Assembly: GCA_013265495.1 (NCBI GenBank) | Contig: MU058844.1 | Coordinates: forward strand, 1,370,941 to 1,434,940 | Source of the DNA: Vicugna vicugna | Taxonomy: Eukaryota | Direction of reading: 5' to 3' | DNA: 64,000 nt | In this document: piece after piece, positions 62,681 through 64,000 of the stretch | Numbering within the stretch: the first letter of the stretch is position 1 | How the letters are laid out: each line of letters begins with the position of its first letter | Program-made: the position numbers and the translations under genes | Notes under the pieces: model-generated | What the model saw: only the letters and a program-made list of their open reading frames with translations | What the model was told of the DNA's origin: nothing | Databases searched by the model: none

Positions 62681-63845
62681 TACTTTTACCTGCAAGATTG
62701 TTTTGGTATCTAAATTAAATGCTGATTCTGTAAGTCTAAGGAAACCAACTGAACAGCCTTTTTTCCTGGCCTGGCTATATCCTCAGCTCTGAAGCAGGAG
62801 CTTAGTAATGTGTCCTGGGCCTGGTCTTCACCGCTTGAAATCTATTTGCTGAAGGAGTCATTCCTATGTGTGAGCCCTCTGGTTGGCACTGGGATATTCT
62901 CCAGTAAGACACAGGCTATACTCCTGAAGGAGCTCACAGACCTGTGAATGACAAATTTCTGTGAATAAAAGATTTTTATGCAGTGGGATATGGCTAATAG
63001 GAGGGAGCATGTCAGACGGAGAATGCACTCTGGAAGCTGAGAAGAGGGATATTTTCTGGCCAGGTAAGAAGAGGAAGGTGTCATGATGGATTTGGAAGGA
63101 GAGGCAGGAGAGGAGAGTCTAGGCATAAGGGAAGAGCCTGCGTGCAGGGGAGAGTGAAAGCAGGGGGCGTGCTTGGGGAGTGGCTACCTGCCCATTGTGT
63201 CAGGAACCTCAGATGGACAGACTGGGAGGTGGCATTTGGGAAGACTGGAGAAGGAGGCCAGAGTTGGGTTGTGACTGCTTTTCTGGGGAATTTAGAATTA
63301 GTCAAGATTATTTTATACATGACTCCTTTGTATTTAACCTTCAAGTAACATTACCCCACAGGTACAGTTGTACTTTTCAGTTTATAGAGGAAATTCAGTA
63401 TGCGTGTTCCCTAAGTATTAACTAGTATTGGTAGGAATTTAGGGTTAGGAATAGAATCAGTCTTTCTTAAACTAAGTGATATGACAACCAACTGAATGTC
63501 CGCTAGTACTTGCTGAACTGTTCAGTATAATGGTAATGCAAGCTATGACTATAACAGTGATGAAAATGATAGCATGAGTAATAATAATACCATCTAATAT
63601 GGATTGACAGTATTTTTTGTATCAGGAACTAGGAGAGCCTTTTCATGCCATTAGCATATTTAATCTTCACAATCTGTGTTCGAGACAGATACGATTATTG
63701 TGTATATCAGAAAACATTTTATAAACCAATGAAACAAACCAATGGTATGGTAGGTTATGTTATGTTCTTAATATGCCCCATAGGCCTCCTATGCCTCTTA
63801 TTTTCCTTCCTTGGCCATCTTTGCTCTGGTTTTATGCTATAGGCT

Positions 63846-63940
63846 AGAGAGAGAGACAGAGAGACTAAAACAAAGAGAAAGGAGAGAGAGAGAGAGGGAG
63901 AGAGACAGAGAAACAGAAACAGAGAGAAGAGAGGAAGAGG
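63846..63940. repeat. (GA)n-rich simple repeat
   Basis: Direct reading. Confidence 0.8.
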
Positions 63941-64000
63941 AATGGGGAACAGGGAGATCTTTAGGAAATTATTATCCCTAACTGCAGTCTGAGTTTTGTT

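Overview
Mammalian genomic DNA, most likely from a camelid (camel, alpaca or vicuna). This inference rests on several tRNA-Ala(AGC)-derived SINEs resembling the vic-1 family. The only host protein-coding gene I can support is BTG1 on the + strand: two exons, CDS 33726-33873 and 34830-35197, 171 aa. It lies in a CpG island with a TATA/CCAAT/CRE/FOXO promoter and has a motif-rich 3' UTR. The rest of the window is intergenic and full of transposable elements: young and old L1, L2, MIR, MaLR/ERVL/ERV1 solo LTRs, MER5/MER53/MER58 DNA elements and microsatellites. No wholly new system can be proven from sequence alone. The best candidate is a TSD-flanked 2.6-kb L1 derivative (1572-4195). It keeps a full 5' UTR, and two frame-preserving deletions fuse ORF1 in frame to the extreme C-terminus of ORF2, so it may belong to a non-autonomous, HAL1-like family. 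Other notable points are a 23-codon uORF and a weak-first/strong-second AUG arrangement in BTG1, a cryptic 23-RSS in exon 2, an inverted (twin-primed) L1, several ultra-short TPRT scars, and an octamer/EICE cluster upstream. Repeat subfamily names come from recalled consensus similarity and need RepeatMasker/Dfam confirmation. Boundaries of old repeats are approximate.
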